This document shows, one piece after another, positions 9,523-20,600 of a stretch of 64,000 nucleotides of DNA. The notes under the pieces were generated by a model. That model had not been told where the DNA came from. It did no database searches and saw only the letters and a list, made by a program, of their open reading frames with translations. Each line of letters opens with the position of its first letter. Position 1 is the first letter of the stretch. Source of the DNA: a virus (Duplodnaviria; Caudoviricetes); the IMG/VR virus record IMGVR_UViG_3300010965_000258, positions 5,062-69,061 of that record. The stretch is one strand, 5' to 3'. Both the position numbers and the translations under genes were made by a program.

Positions 9523-10476
9523 CTATGACCAGCCTAAACTCAAATGATATTCTATGTCTAATTGTCTTCCAGCAACTTTTGTTATAGGCGATGTTAACGT
9601 AGATCTGCTAACCAATCCATATGCTGGATCAAATGTGTCCTCATCATTAATTCTTAATGCGTCTAGATAAACAGCACAGGCTGATGATGTGCTTGCTCTA
9701 TTTACCTCTACGCCAATTTTATAAATAGATGAAGCAATCGGAGACCCAGAAGAATTGGCAAATACATTAGACATGTTAATTTCTTGAATTTTATTTCCAG
9801 TGCCAGATGTTGGTGTAAATGTACCATAATAATAATCAGTATTTGAGCTATAAAATTTTACCTTAATGTTGCTCAAGTTTGTATCACTTCTATAATAAGC
9901 AATAGATAATGTATCATTTCCGCTATACCCAGATAAATCTAATGAACCTAGAGTTGTTAGATATTCATGGCTTGCTATTGAAATATCAGTAAAATCAATA
10001 TTCATTAAATTTGAACCAATCCGAGCTGGAACTATGGAGGTTAGTGAAGGGGTGTTATTATTTAAATCAAACCAGTCATAGTTATTTTCAAATGTAGTAA
10101 TAAATTTACTATCAAAGTTATTTTTTGAAAGTCTAGACCCTGGATATATCCCTATCTCATTTATTACCCCAACGATATCTTGAGGCAAAGTAGTTTTATA
10201 TGCAACTCCATAGCTGTAGGTATTCCCGCTAGCCTGTATGTCTATACTGCTGATGTCAATAATTGATTTATAGAACTCAAAACCAAGTCTACTATTTGTA
10301 TCTGATGCTGCGTAGTCTGAGGCTCCTGCTATTCCTACGGCCATGCTTTTATTATCAAACGACACATTACCAGCAATATAATTTGTTAAAAACCTTTTAC
10401 CAAATTTAGTTATAACATTTTCAGATCGACAAATCTCTTTGCCATCTTCGTAAAATACATATGTTCCCTTTATCAT
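9523..10476 (-). CDS. minor tail protein
   Basis: 317 aa; ENVITKFGKRFLTNYIAG...LGFEF motif; coupled to its neighbours. Confidence 0.7.
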   Translation of the reverse strand: MIKGTYVFYEDGKEICRSENVITKFGKRFLTNYIAGNVSFDNKSMAVGIAGASDYAASDTNSRLGFEFYKSIIDISSIDIQASGNTYSYGVAYKTTLPQDIVGVINEIGIYPGSRLSKNNFDSKFITTFENNYDWFDLNNNTPSLTSIVPARIGSNLMNIDFTDISIASHEYLTTLGSLDLSGYSGNDTLSIAYYRSDTNLSNIKVKFYSSNTDYYYGTFTPTSGTGNKIQEINMSNVFANSSGSPIASSIYKIGVEVNRASTSSACAVYLDALRINDEDTFDPAYGLVSRSTLTSPITKVAGRQLDIEYHLSLGWS

Positions 10477-10820
10477 GATCCACCCTCTTGAGCAACTATT
10501 GATTTTGCTGCGTCAACTCCCTTTAAATTTTTTCCACTACTGTTATAAACTTTTATCACTATTGCAGCTCTAGTTTTTCCTGCTTCATCTATATACAAGT
10601 AATTATCAAATTCAGATATATCTTCTAGCTGTGGTACATCGTTTGGTTCATTATTTCCGCCTTCTTCATCTTGTACTGCTTGAGATGAGAATCCGCCTTG
10701 AACATTTCTTGCTATTAAATTAGCAAATCTTGGGTCAATAAATTTTGTATCAGGAGAGTTTTGATATAGAGTAATTAATTCTATACCAGATGTCTTTTTT
10801 TGATTGCCGCTTGATACCAT
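10473..10820 (-). CDS. hypothetical tail-module protein (leaderless)
   Basis: 115 aa; TGGTATAAT 7 nt upstream of ATG and no SD. Confidence 0.7.
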   Translation of the reverse strand: MVSSGNQKKTSGIELITLYQNSPDTKFIDPRFANLIARNVQGGFSSQAVQDEEGGNNEPNDVPQLEDISEFDNYLYIDEAGKTRAAIVIKVYNSSGKNLKGVDAAKSIVAQEGGS

Positions 10821-10837
10821 AATATTTATTATACCAT

Positions 10838-13800
10838 TTAGCTAACCAAGGTTCGGCAGCTAATAGTAGTCTCCAATCCCATAGAATATGTGTGGGAAAT
10901 ATTAGTTATTACAAATTTTTGAGTGTTATATGAAAGACCATTATATTCATAATCTATTGCTATTATGTCTCCAATAGAAAGAAATGGGTTTCCAAAAATT
11001 GTTAGGTTTATAACTTCTTGTTTTTTTGACCATACTGACTCTATCCAGTTGGCTAGGGCGATTGCGTCAGATTCTTTTTGTATCCATGCCGATGCAAATG
11101 AGACTGGTTCTTGGACAGCATATTTACTCAATTCATGATTGGTGTACTCTGAAGATCCAGTCTGATTAATTGTTTTACCTAACACATAAAAAGATGTAGA
11201 TGCTCCGTCATCTAAAGGAATAGATGTACCAGAATTATTTAAAACGTATACCTCTGCCCCAAATGTGCTCAGCTTACTATAAATAACATTTGCCAACTGA
11301 TTAATGGAGGTGGATGCATATAATGGATATGCAGCTTGTGGAGGAGATGAGTATTTAGTATTTATATATCTAAGTTCTCTTGCAACCGTTCCAAATTCTT
11401 CTAGGAATCCGCCTCTAGGAATTTCTGTCTGTAAATTTACTGATCCAGTTATTGCTTCTGACAATAATGATTTTGTTATTAGGTCTGAAAACTGTCCGTT
11501 GTATACAGAAAATAGTTTTGATTGGTCATAGTAATCTTTTGCAATTGGTATGCCATAGATATAATCAAAATTAATAGTTCCAGTATTGCAAACTAAAGTT
11601 ACTGTTTTATCTGGTGATGGTATGAGGTTGTCTGGAGATTTGCCATTAGTAGATAAAAGATACTTGTCTACTGCCGATATTTGGAAGCCATTTATATATG
11701 CTTTTATTTCAACGGTTGCTGGCTTTGATAATGAGACTGGTGACTGGGGTGGAGTGTATTTAACAAACACATCAATCTTATAAGACTCTAAATCATAAAC
11801 CCCATTTAAAGAAGATGTTGAGGCTGACTGGCTATCTGGTAATGTCTGTATTACTCCATTTTTTATTATTCTAATTTTAAATTCTTTTGATCCATACGCA
11901 GCAGCATTAGATGTGGTATCTATATTAATATAATATCCATTAAGGCCTGTGTCGTCTGCAAAAAACATAAATCCACCAGACGCATTTCCAGTATCGATAT
12001 TGCCATCAAAAAATAATGTTGTTCCAAATGCATAATATGTGCTTGTGGTATCAAGCCCAGCAAATTTTTTATATGCAATAGAATATTTTTTTATATCTTT
12101 ATCATTTGGATCTTTGCTTAATACATATAAAGATTTATTATTTGTAAATTTATCTTTCTTTGTCGATGTTCCTGCTTTAATGGCCGTTGCAGTTTTAAAA
12201 TCTGTAGACTTTGCTGTCCACGAGGCAACTTGCGAATCTGATGCGGAGTGAGCTGCTGGAGTTGTATTAAAAGCTCCTCTTGTTTTTATTCTATAAGCCT
12301 TACTGCTTTGGAAGTCAAGGCTATTCGGTCCAGCTAAAGATCTGTACCTTTTTATATCAGACTCGCTCATTATGTCAACGGATTGCTGGGCTCCGCCAGC
12401 TAACGGAGTATAGATATATTGTATTGCATCATATTCTATAACTTCATTATCTACTACTAAATATCCGTTATAAGAATTTAATGTAGTCATTTGTTCAAAT
12501 GAACTTGCTATTGGATTTAGCCAAATATATTTTTGAGATCCAGCAACAATTTCATCGGTGTCTGGGTTGTAAGAGGACTTATCTGTTGCGTTTAGATCTA
12601 ATATTAATGCGGATGCTGACAGAACAGATGTGTTTGATCTCCATAGCGGAGCAGCTGACTTATCATAGTTTGAAGTTGCAACAGCTTGCCAAGTTATTTT
12701 TACTTGATTTGCTACTGGCAATACTTTTTTATTTAAATCAATTATATTTGGCCTATATACTTTTGATGCAATAGTTTTTTGTAATTGTGTAAAATTCCAA
12801 GCAACAGTTTTATTTGCACTGCTATACATATACTCTCTTGTATAAAATTGTAAAATATTATTTTCATCTATAACTGCTGTCATCTGAACGTCTCTGCATA
12901 GCTCTTGAATTACTGACCAAACTGTTTTTGTCTCATCGCTCCACCAAAAATCTGGGGTTATAATTGATTGATCATTCTCTGTTAAATTAAACTTGTATGA
13001 TGTAAATCCAATTGAATCTAGTAGCGTTCTAAGTATGGCAACAACAGAGTAGTTGTCGCAAAGTATTGGTGGCGCTATAATTTCTTGAAGTATTTTTGCT
13101 GCGTCTAGGCATACAAGATTTATATCATTAAACTCAGACATAGTCCAGTTATCAACAAAATAAGTTCCTTGATATAAAATATCATATTTATCTAAAGATT
13201 TAAAAGTTGGGTCCGCAGTTCCATAAGTTCCAGCAGAATGATATATCTTTAAAAAAGGCTTTACTTCAACTTGCTTGTACATATATATTTTTGAAGCATC
13301 AAAAGCAAAGGCATCGTCTTTTAAGTAATTAATAATTTGTGGCGTAGAGGTATTATACTTATTTAAATTTAAAGTAAATGAATTTGCGCTTACGTATCCG
13401 ACAGGCAAAACATCTTCTGACCCAGATGAAGCTTCCTTTGTAAAACTAAAATCTACAACAGATGAGGATATATCTTTTACCCATCTTGGTGAAAATTCTG
13501 TTACTGCAACATACCCGCCGTTAGCGGCTGCCGTAAATGCGAGCTGTATATTTGTATACTCTTTGTATGCATTTGGGTTTAAATCACTTTCATCTAACGA
13601 CCAAGATGTTCCAGTATAATATAAGTTTATTACACCAGCATTGTAAGATCCAGCAACAAAACCTGGTATGTTTGTTGAGGTTCCTGTTTTAATTGTTTCT
13701 AAAGCTCCATTATTTAATTTTGCAGAAATAGTCCATGTTGCTGGTTTATCGTGTGAGACTTCAAATTTAGCAACTATTTTATTCACAAGTATTGTTTTAG

Positions 13801-14206
13801 GATATGTAATTGAAAGTGGTGTTAATCCAGTGCCTTGACCCTTTTCGCTAATCCAATATTTATATGAAGTGTCTTTGCCAGGTATATAAATTCTATAATT
13901 TAATGGGGTTGTGTTATTTTTTGGGCTTCCCCAGCTTTTTGATGGAAGGTCTCCAAGAATTGCATACTTGATACCAGATGTTATCGGTCTAAACGGCTGT
14001 ATCACACTGTCTATTGGAAATAATTTCTTAAATTTAACATACGTAGCTGAGGTATATGCTGGACCAGTCACGCTAGAATCTTTTAAATTGGTCATCAAAT
14101 TCATATTGTATTCTATGTAACAACCAGCGGCAGTCTTAATAACATTATCTTTTATAAATAAATCTTTAACTACTGTGTCATTTGAAGCAGGTGTTGTTAC
14201 TAGCAT
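10838..14206 (-). CDS. large minor tail protein (tail tip/hub)
   Basis: About 1122 aa from the ATG overlapping the upstream TAA (MLVTTP); C-terminal GNPFLSIGDIIAIDY...FVITNISH hub-type motif; two genes after the TMP. Confidence 0.8.
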   Translation of the reverse strand: MLVTTPASNDTVVKDLFIKDNVIKTAAGCYIEYNMNLMTNLKDSSVTGPAYTSATYVKFKKLFPIDSVIQPFRPITSGIKYAILGDLPSKSWGSPKNNTTPLNYRIYIPGKDTSYKYWISEKGQGTGLTPLSITYPKTILVNKIVAKFEVSHDKPATWTISAKLNNGALETIKTGTSTNIPGFVAGSYNAGVINLYYTGTSWSLDESDLNPNAYKEYTNIQLAFTAAANGGYVAVTEFSPRWVKDISSSVVDFSFTKEASSGSEDVLPVGYVSANSFTLNLNKYNTSTPQIINYLKDDAFAFDASKIYMYKQVEVKPFLKIYHSAGTYGTADPTFKSLDKYDILYQGTYFVDNWTMSEFNDINLVCLDAAKILQEIIAPPILCDNYSVVAILRTLLDSIGFTSYKFNLTENDQSIITPDFWWSDETKTVWSVIQELCRDVQMTAVIDENNILQFYTREYMYSSANKTVAWNFTQLQKTIASKVYRPNIIDLNKKVLPVANQVKITWQAVATSNYDKSAAPLWRSNTSVLSASALILDLNATDKSSYNPDTDEIVAGSQKYIWLNPIASSFEQMTTLNSYNGYLVVDNEVIEYDAIQYIYTPLAGGAQQSVDIMSESDIKRYRSLAGPNSLDFQSSKAYRIKTRGAFNTTPAAHSASDSQVASWTAKSTDFKTATAIKAGTSTKKDKFTNNKSLYVLSKDPNDKDIKKYSIAYKKFAGLDTTSTYYAFGTTLFFDGNIDTGNASGGFMFFADDTGLNGYYINIDTTSNAAAYGSKEFKIRIIKNGVIQTLPDSQSASTSSLNGVYDLESYKIDVFVKYTPPQSPVSLSKPATVEIKAYINGFQISAVDKYLLSTNGKSPDNLIPSPDKTVTLVCNTGTINFDYIYGIPIAKDYYDQSKLFSVYNGQFSDLITKSLLSEAITGSVNLQTEIPRGGFLEEFGTVARELRYINTKYSSPPQAAYPLYASTSINQLANVIYSKLSTFGAEVYVLNNSGTSIPLDDGASTSFYVLGKTINQTGSSEYTNHELSKYAVQEPVSFASAWIQKESDAIALANWIESVWSKKQEVINLTIFGNPFLSIGDIIAIDYEYNGLSYNTQKFVITNISHTYSMGLETTISCRTLVS

Positions 14207-14679
14207 TAGACTTCTTCCATTGTTAAGGATACATTCCAAAATGGTTGAAGCCCTCTTTTTAGTAGCGTAAATGATAGTGTAGATATAACAACATTAAATT
14301 GTTCGTATCCAGCGCTCTCTTGATTTGTTCCATCTTTCGCTAAATTAATTCTAATTAAAAATTCTTTTTGTCCCTCTATTGAGTTATAAAAATATCTAAG
14401 ATCTTCAGCACCCCAGCAGTTATCTACAGTTAATGTTCTATACGCTGGCAGCATGTCCCAAGAAACAGAAAATATTCTTTTATCTTTAATAAAAAATTTT
14501 CTTAAGCTTCCGTCCGCCATTCTAATAGATTTTTCATACCTCGTGGTCTGTATAGCTATATCTGATCTATTATGTTCTGTAACCTTATTGTATTTTAGAG
14601 TACCGTCTCCGCCATTTACTGCCCAGTCAGTTGCATATATCTGCAGGGCAGATCCTCTAGGCATGGTGTTTCTAGCCAT
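14206..14679 (-). CDS. distal tail protein-like (Dit position)
   Basis: 157 aa immediately after the TMP; RMADGSLRKF...FSVSWDMLP motif. Confidence 0.7.
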   Translation of the reverse strand: MARNTMPRGSALQIYATDWAVNGGDGTLKYNKVTEHNRSDIAIQTTRYEKSIRMADGSLRKFFIKDKRIFSVSWDMLPAYRTLTVDNCWGAEDLRYFYNSIEGQKEFLIRINLAKDGTNQESAGYEQFNVVISTLSFTLLKRGLQPFWNVSLTMEEV

Positions 14680-14681
14680 TA

Positions 14682-17600
14682 TTAGTTACCCCCACTCATA
14701 GATCTTTGTCTTCCATACATTGCTTCTCTCATCATATTCTTTTGGTCCAACATGCTAACTACCATTGTAGCAATAGTTTTTTCATCTTGTCCAGGTTGAG
14801 CATTGACAACTAGCCCTCCGACATCATAATGATGAACTGCGCTATTGTTTGAATTGGGCATCATTGATTTATTAATAGATACAGAAGGGGCAGGTAAATT
14901 ATATTTAGCTTTATTTATCATTCCGCCAGTAGCAAATTTAGTTTTATTTGACCAATCTTTGGCTTGTGGGACCATTAATCCGCCCATTGCCTTACGAGGA
15001 ATTTCTGTAGAATCTCTGAGCAAAGCCATAATCTCTGCTTCAATTTTAGAAGATTTTAGATCTGACTTGGTTGCTTCTATTCTTGCAACAATATCTTTAA
15101 CTTGCTGGCTAGTTATGGTGTGTTTTTTTATTGCTCCAATTGAATTCTCTACTGTGGTATACGCCAATGCATCTGTGCCTAGCTGGTTAAAATCCTGTAC
15201 TCTGGTTGGATTGTCTGATACTGATGTTCCTATCTCTGGGATAGCAACTCTTGTTCCATTCCTATGGGCAATTGCCTTTATGCCATTTTCTGCTAGCCAT
15301 GGAGAAATGTCTTTAAAATATAGTTGAAAAATCTTATCTCTAAGTGCTCCAGTGGCTGAGGCATGGGGGTATCTTCCGCCTTCTTGTCCTATTAAACTTG
15401 ATATTACAAAATCTTTTGACTGATGGTCTTGAAGTGCAATTTTACCCGACTCTATGTCTCTTAACAATTTTGCAAATACAAATGGTTGCTGCGAAGCTAA
15501 TGTATTTGCATTGTGTCTAAGGTCTATTACATCTTCTTTTTTTAATGCAGACTGAATAGAGTAAACTGAATTATCTGGAGATTTTAAAAGATAAGCTAGG
15601 GCTTGCCTGTAATCTTCTGCGGCAAACATTTGGCCACCGTACCAGCTATTTAATCCAGTTCTATTTTTTAAATCAACTTTACCACCCGTGGTTGGTAGGT
15701 TTCCTCCATGGAATAAAGATTTGGTTAAAAGTTCTTCTAATGACGATTCTGACCTAGTCAGAGGAGCAGTGTAATTGAATGTTTTGTTTAGATGAAGCTG
15801 ATCAGCAATGCTATCTGCGGTGTGATCAGTATGTACTCTTAAATTTTCAAATCCAGGTACTTTTTGCGCTGCAAGGACTGCAACTTCGTGTTGAGTCAAT
15901 GTTCGTGGGTCTGGTTTTTTTGCTAAATAATGTCTTGCAAGTATTTTTTGGTATGTTTGCAGTTCCCAAGGTTTTATTTTTGTTCCTGTACTTACAGTGC
16001 CTTTTGGCAACATACTTGGATCAAGAGCAGGGAATTGTCCTCTAAACATTTCCATTGGTGACAATGGGACTGTCGGTACTGCTGCAGAGGCTGCAGCGGA
16101 TCCTGCGGCGTTAGTTGCTATGCGTCCTGATGAGCGCCATGGAGTAAAGAATGTAAGCGCACCAGCCCAGTCAGTAACTTTGCCAGCAGTTGCATCAAGT
16201 TGTCCTATAGGACCCTCTGAAGTTTTTCCAGTAAACGCTCTGTATATTTGAGGTATTCCTGTAAACTCTTGAAAAGATTTATCCTGCTCTTTAGTAGGCT
16301 TAGGAACTATATTTTTTGCCAAGCCACTTAGTGCTAGTTGTCCTAGGTATCCTGCTTGACTTAGAACATCCGCTGCAATTGAACCAGTTAATGATTGATT
16401 TGCTTGATTTTTAAATTTATTCCAAAGCCCTGCTACTCCATGTTTATGTCCAGCTTCTGCTAATCCGCCCTTATGGAAACCAATCATGTTTCCGCCGCCA
16501 CCGCCAAGTAATCCACCAGTCATTGCAGATGCGCCAGAGCCAACTAATGGAGGAGTGTATTTGTCTATTCCCATTCCTGGACCAGATGATTTATTTGGTT
16601 GCTCGGTCATTTGATGCCAGTAGTCTGAGTGCTGTGCAAATTTACCGCTGAATGGAAGTCCTGGTATTTCTGTTCCGCCCCAGATGTCTTTACCATTTGA
16701 AGGACTATATCTTAGCTCGCCCCACCTTCCAGTCCAAGGACTTCCTGTTGGCTTTCCATTGCTCCAGTAGTTTGGTAGATCTGGGCGCCATGGGAAATAT
16801 TTAAGTTGTGGTTTTGCTGGTTCTCCTGTGTGCTGGTGCCCAACTTGTCCACCTCTATGGAATCCCATTGGAATCATGGCTGCAGTTATTGCGGCTTTTG
16901 CTGCTTCTAAATTAGCAATGTCAGCAAATTTAATTGGCTTAAATTCACTATCTCCGCTAGTAAGTCTTTGTGTTCTACTTACAAAAGAATCATCAAGTGC
17001 TGCTGTGTCCCCAACTTGGAACCCTTTTGCCCATGTTGCAAATCTAAAGTTTTCATTTGATGGGTGCCAACTAGTTTGTCCAAATGCTGGTAGCTGTGTT
17101 GCGGTTCCAGTAAGAATTTTACTTGAAAATATTTTTTGTAAAATTGAATCTGTAACTTGAGGAATGTATCCATTCTGATACATTTCTTTAAATATTCCAC
17201 CAGACATAAGGTCGGCTGACGTTTCAATATTGCTAATACCTTTAGGGTCATTGAGGCCCATTAATGTTTGAGAATAACTCTGCTTTGCATTTAAACTAGA
17301 CTGCAATGCGTGACCAAATTCATGGAATAAAGTATTTAAAACTTCCATTCTTGAATATGGATTGTTTTGAACATTTTTTGCAATACCTTCTAAAAAGTTT
17401 ATTGGAGATTGATTTTTAGAAGTTGTTGCTTTTACTGCGTGTAGATCGTCTAATGTTCCTGGTATATAAAGTGGATTTGGATTCAACATTGGATTTAAAG
17501 AATTGGCAAGCCCCATTGTAATTGTTCTATTAGCACCATCCCAATTGCCGTTGATGTGATCAGCATCTTCAGCCCATGATTGAGGAGACTGTCTTTTTGT

Positions 17601-20600
17601 TGATCCGTCTAAAATTTTAGCAATATCTAATTTAGATACAATGCTTTGTCCTTCAGGTAAACTAAGGAGATCTTTATACTTTGCACCATAGTATGTATTT
17701 AATAATGCGGTCCAATCTTCCAAATATTTTATTTGAGACTTAGTTGTTTCTCCTATCTCTGATAGTGGAGTTAGTTTTGGATGCTTATGAACTTTTCCAC
17801 CCTTGTGAAGTCTTTGTGTATTTAATTTATCAAATAAGTCTGTACCATAATGTTCTACTGATGATGCTCTTATTACATACTCACCGTTTGAAAGCATTGC
17901 TGGAATTGAATCGGATGTCGCTGTTCCTGGTCCATCTACGCCCCCACCTGGACCATAATGAAGAATTTGACCACCAGTTGCAGCTTTTGGAATATTATTT
18001 TTTGGGTTGTATTTAAAGTAATTATATTCTGGATTTTTATTTTTATCAAGAGAATATTCAATAAACTTCCATCCATTTTTTATGTATGCATTATATGCAT
18101 CATCTGTGTCACCTTTTGTGACTGCTACTTGAATGTTTTTCTTTCCATCGCCTGAAGAGAAGCGCATATAAGTTGCCTCAAATCCAATATCTTGACCCTT
18201 AAGTTTTAATTTTTTGAATTCTGTTGGTTCAGAGTAAGCTAAACCAGATGTACCGCTTAACTTATCAACATACAATGCAAATTTGTCTACCCCGCCTACA
18301 AATTTACTAGATGCTGTTGCTAATGCATCTGCACTAAGTTTTGCTAATGATGCACCGTAATCACTTGATGGAAGCTTTGCATTATATATTCCACTTGGAG
18401 AAAGAGCGTTTGCTGCATTTTTACCAAGGGTTCCATATTTTGTTAGCTCTGCAAGTTGTTTTTTAAATTGAGAATCTAGCCCAGCTATTACTAGTTTCCC
18501 AGCTTCTGTTGTTGGGTCTGCTGTTGCTCTTTGGCTAATTAAGCTTGCAATTGTTGATTGAATGGACTGTATTGCTGATAATGTATTTGCTGCATTTTGT
18601 GCTGCGGTGGATTGGTTTGTTGCTTTAAGTTGTGCTGCATTCGCTTTTTCTTGTGCTTTTGCTAGAAGAGCATTCTGTATTTTTAAGTCTGCATTTCTTT
18701 TTTCTTCTATAGCCGCTAGTGCTTGAGTTTTATTAGTCTGAAGGACCAGCTGCCTAATTGAAAGCTGTATTTGTGCTGCATCTTTTGTATTTCCAGTAGC
18801 GATTGCATCTTGATAGTCTAACTGCAATTTCTTTAATTGTATTTTTGCATCTTCTGTTGATGTCTGTTGTTCTAGAGCTCTCTTTCTTGCATCAGCCTCA
18901 TCATTAATTGCAGCAATTTTTTCTTGAATTGATTTAATTTCTTCTTTATTCCCATCAGCTGCTTTCTTTGCTGCCGAAGTTGACGCCAGTGCTGCGGCCA
19001 ATGAAGCTTTTTTATAATGATTTACTAGAGTAACTAGCGCTGTCAAGTTACCAGATTGAACTTGTACTCCCTGTTCGTCGGTTCCAGTGGCCATGGCTAA
19101 GGCTGCGCTGTCGATTCCTTCTTTTACAAGAAGCATTGCCTGTGCAGTTTTACTATTTACTGCACTTAAGTCTCCGCCTATGCCTTGTAAAACAAGTCTC
19201 ATTTTAGCGTAGGTGCCAGCAATAGTATCGTTCTTATTTAATATTCCAATTAATAATGGGTTTTGTTCTTGAAGAGCCTTTAATCCATCTTCGCCTAGCT
19301 GTACGTTTCCTTGTTGCGTGGAATGTATTTGCTTAAAAGTAGCCTCGAGTGCTTCAGCTTCTGTTATTACTTTACCAGTTTCATCTTTTGTTCCGATCAG
19401 GGCTTTGGTAGAAGCATCTACTGCACTTACCATAGCTTCAAATGATGAAACAATTACTTTTGCGTCTAAATCGGATTTTATTGCTTTTGCTAGGCCTTGA
19501 ACGGAAGCTGTTGCTGCTGTAGACTTGTCCTGTATGTCCATGAACGCTTTTGTTGAAATTGCATCGGCTGCTTGTCCAGCTTTGTTGGAGGCTGCAACGA
19601 TTCCATATATTTTTATTGCTGCTTTCTCGGCAGACATTCCTTGAGAAACAAACTGTACTTTTAGATTTGCGGCAGCATCTGCAACTTGATCAAAGTTTAA
19701 ATCGTCAAACATCTTGACGACATCGGGCATGTTCTTTTTAGCGTCTTTAGTTGCTTTCTTTAATTCTTGATAGCTAAATACTAATCCACCTATACTGGAA
19801 TTTTTATTTGCCTGTAGTGCAATTCTTCCAGCTTCCATCATTAAGCGTTGCTGTTCTCTTACATCTTCTACTTTTTTCTTAAAGTCTACGTAAGCTATTC
19901 CAGCTTGCTTTGCTTGCTTTTCATTTAATTTAAATGAATCAGATTGAGCTTGTATCGCTGCTTGTGCTGCTTTATGTGCATCCCAAAAATATTTTCCTAT
20001 TAGCAGTAGGGCTGTGAGAATAGCTCCAGGTATACTAAGGCTTTTTAAAATTGATGCTATTCTAAAAATAATTGGACCAATTCTTGCAAATAGTCCAGCT
20101 GCTTTTGCTCCTTGTGCTAGCATTAAAGCAAGTATGCCCTTTTCAGCACCTGCTGCTACTCTTGCACCCATGCCAGTTTTTGAAGCCAATGCAGAAGTTC
20201 TTGCTGCTTGTGCAGCAGCCTTTTCTGCTTGTTGTTTTGCGACAAGTGCCTGTCTTTCTTGAGCAATTGTGGTTCCATTTCTTTCTGCCAATAACCTTGC
20301 TTCATCATTTAACAGGGCTGCTTTTGCACCCTTTTTTTGCATTAGCATTTGTGGCAACATAAAGGGAAGAACGCCAGCCATTGTAGATATAATGCCAGCT
20401 ATTGCTGGGTTTTTAATTTTTGAAGCTGCGTACATTCCTCCAGCGGAAGCTGCCATTGAAACTGCAAATGGATGATTTCCAAGTGATGCTCCAAATGGTT
20501 GTCCTGGAACTCTTCTTGCATTATATCCAGTAGGATTAAATGGACTTAATTCCCTCCAGCTTGTTGGCCTGTATGTTGATCTAGCATACGCATCCGATAA

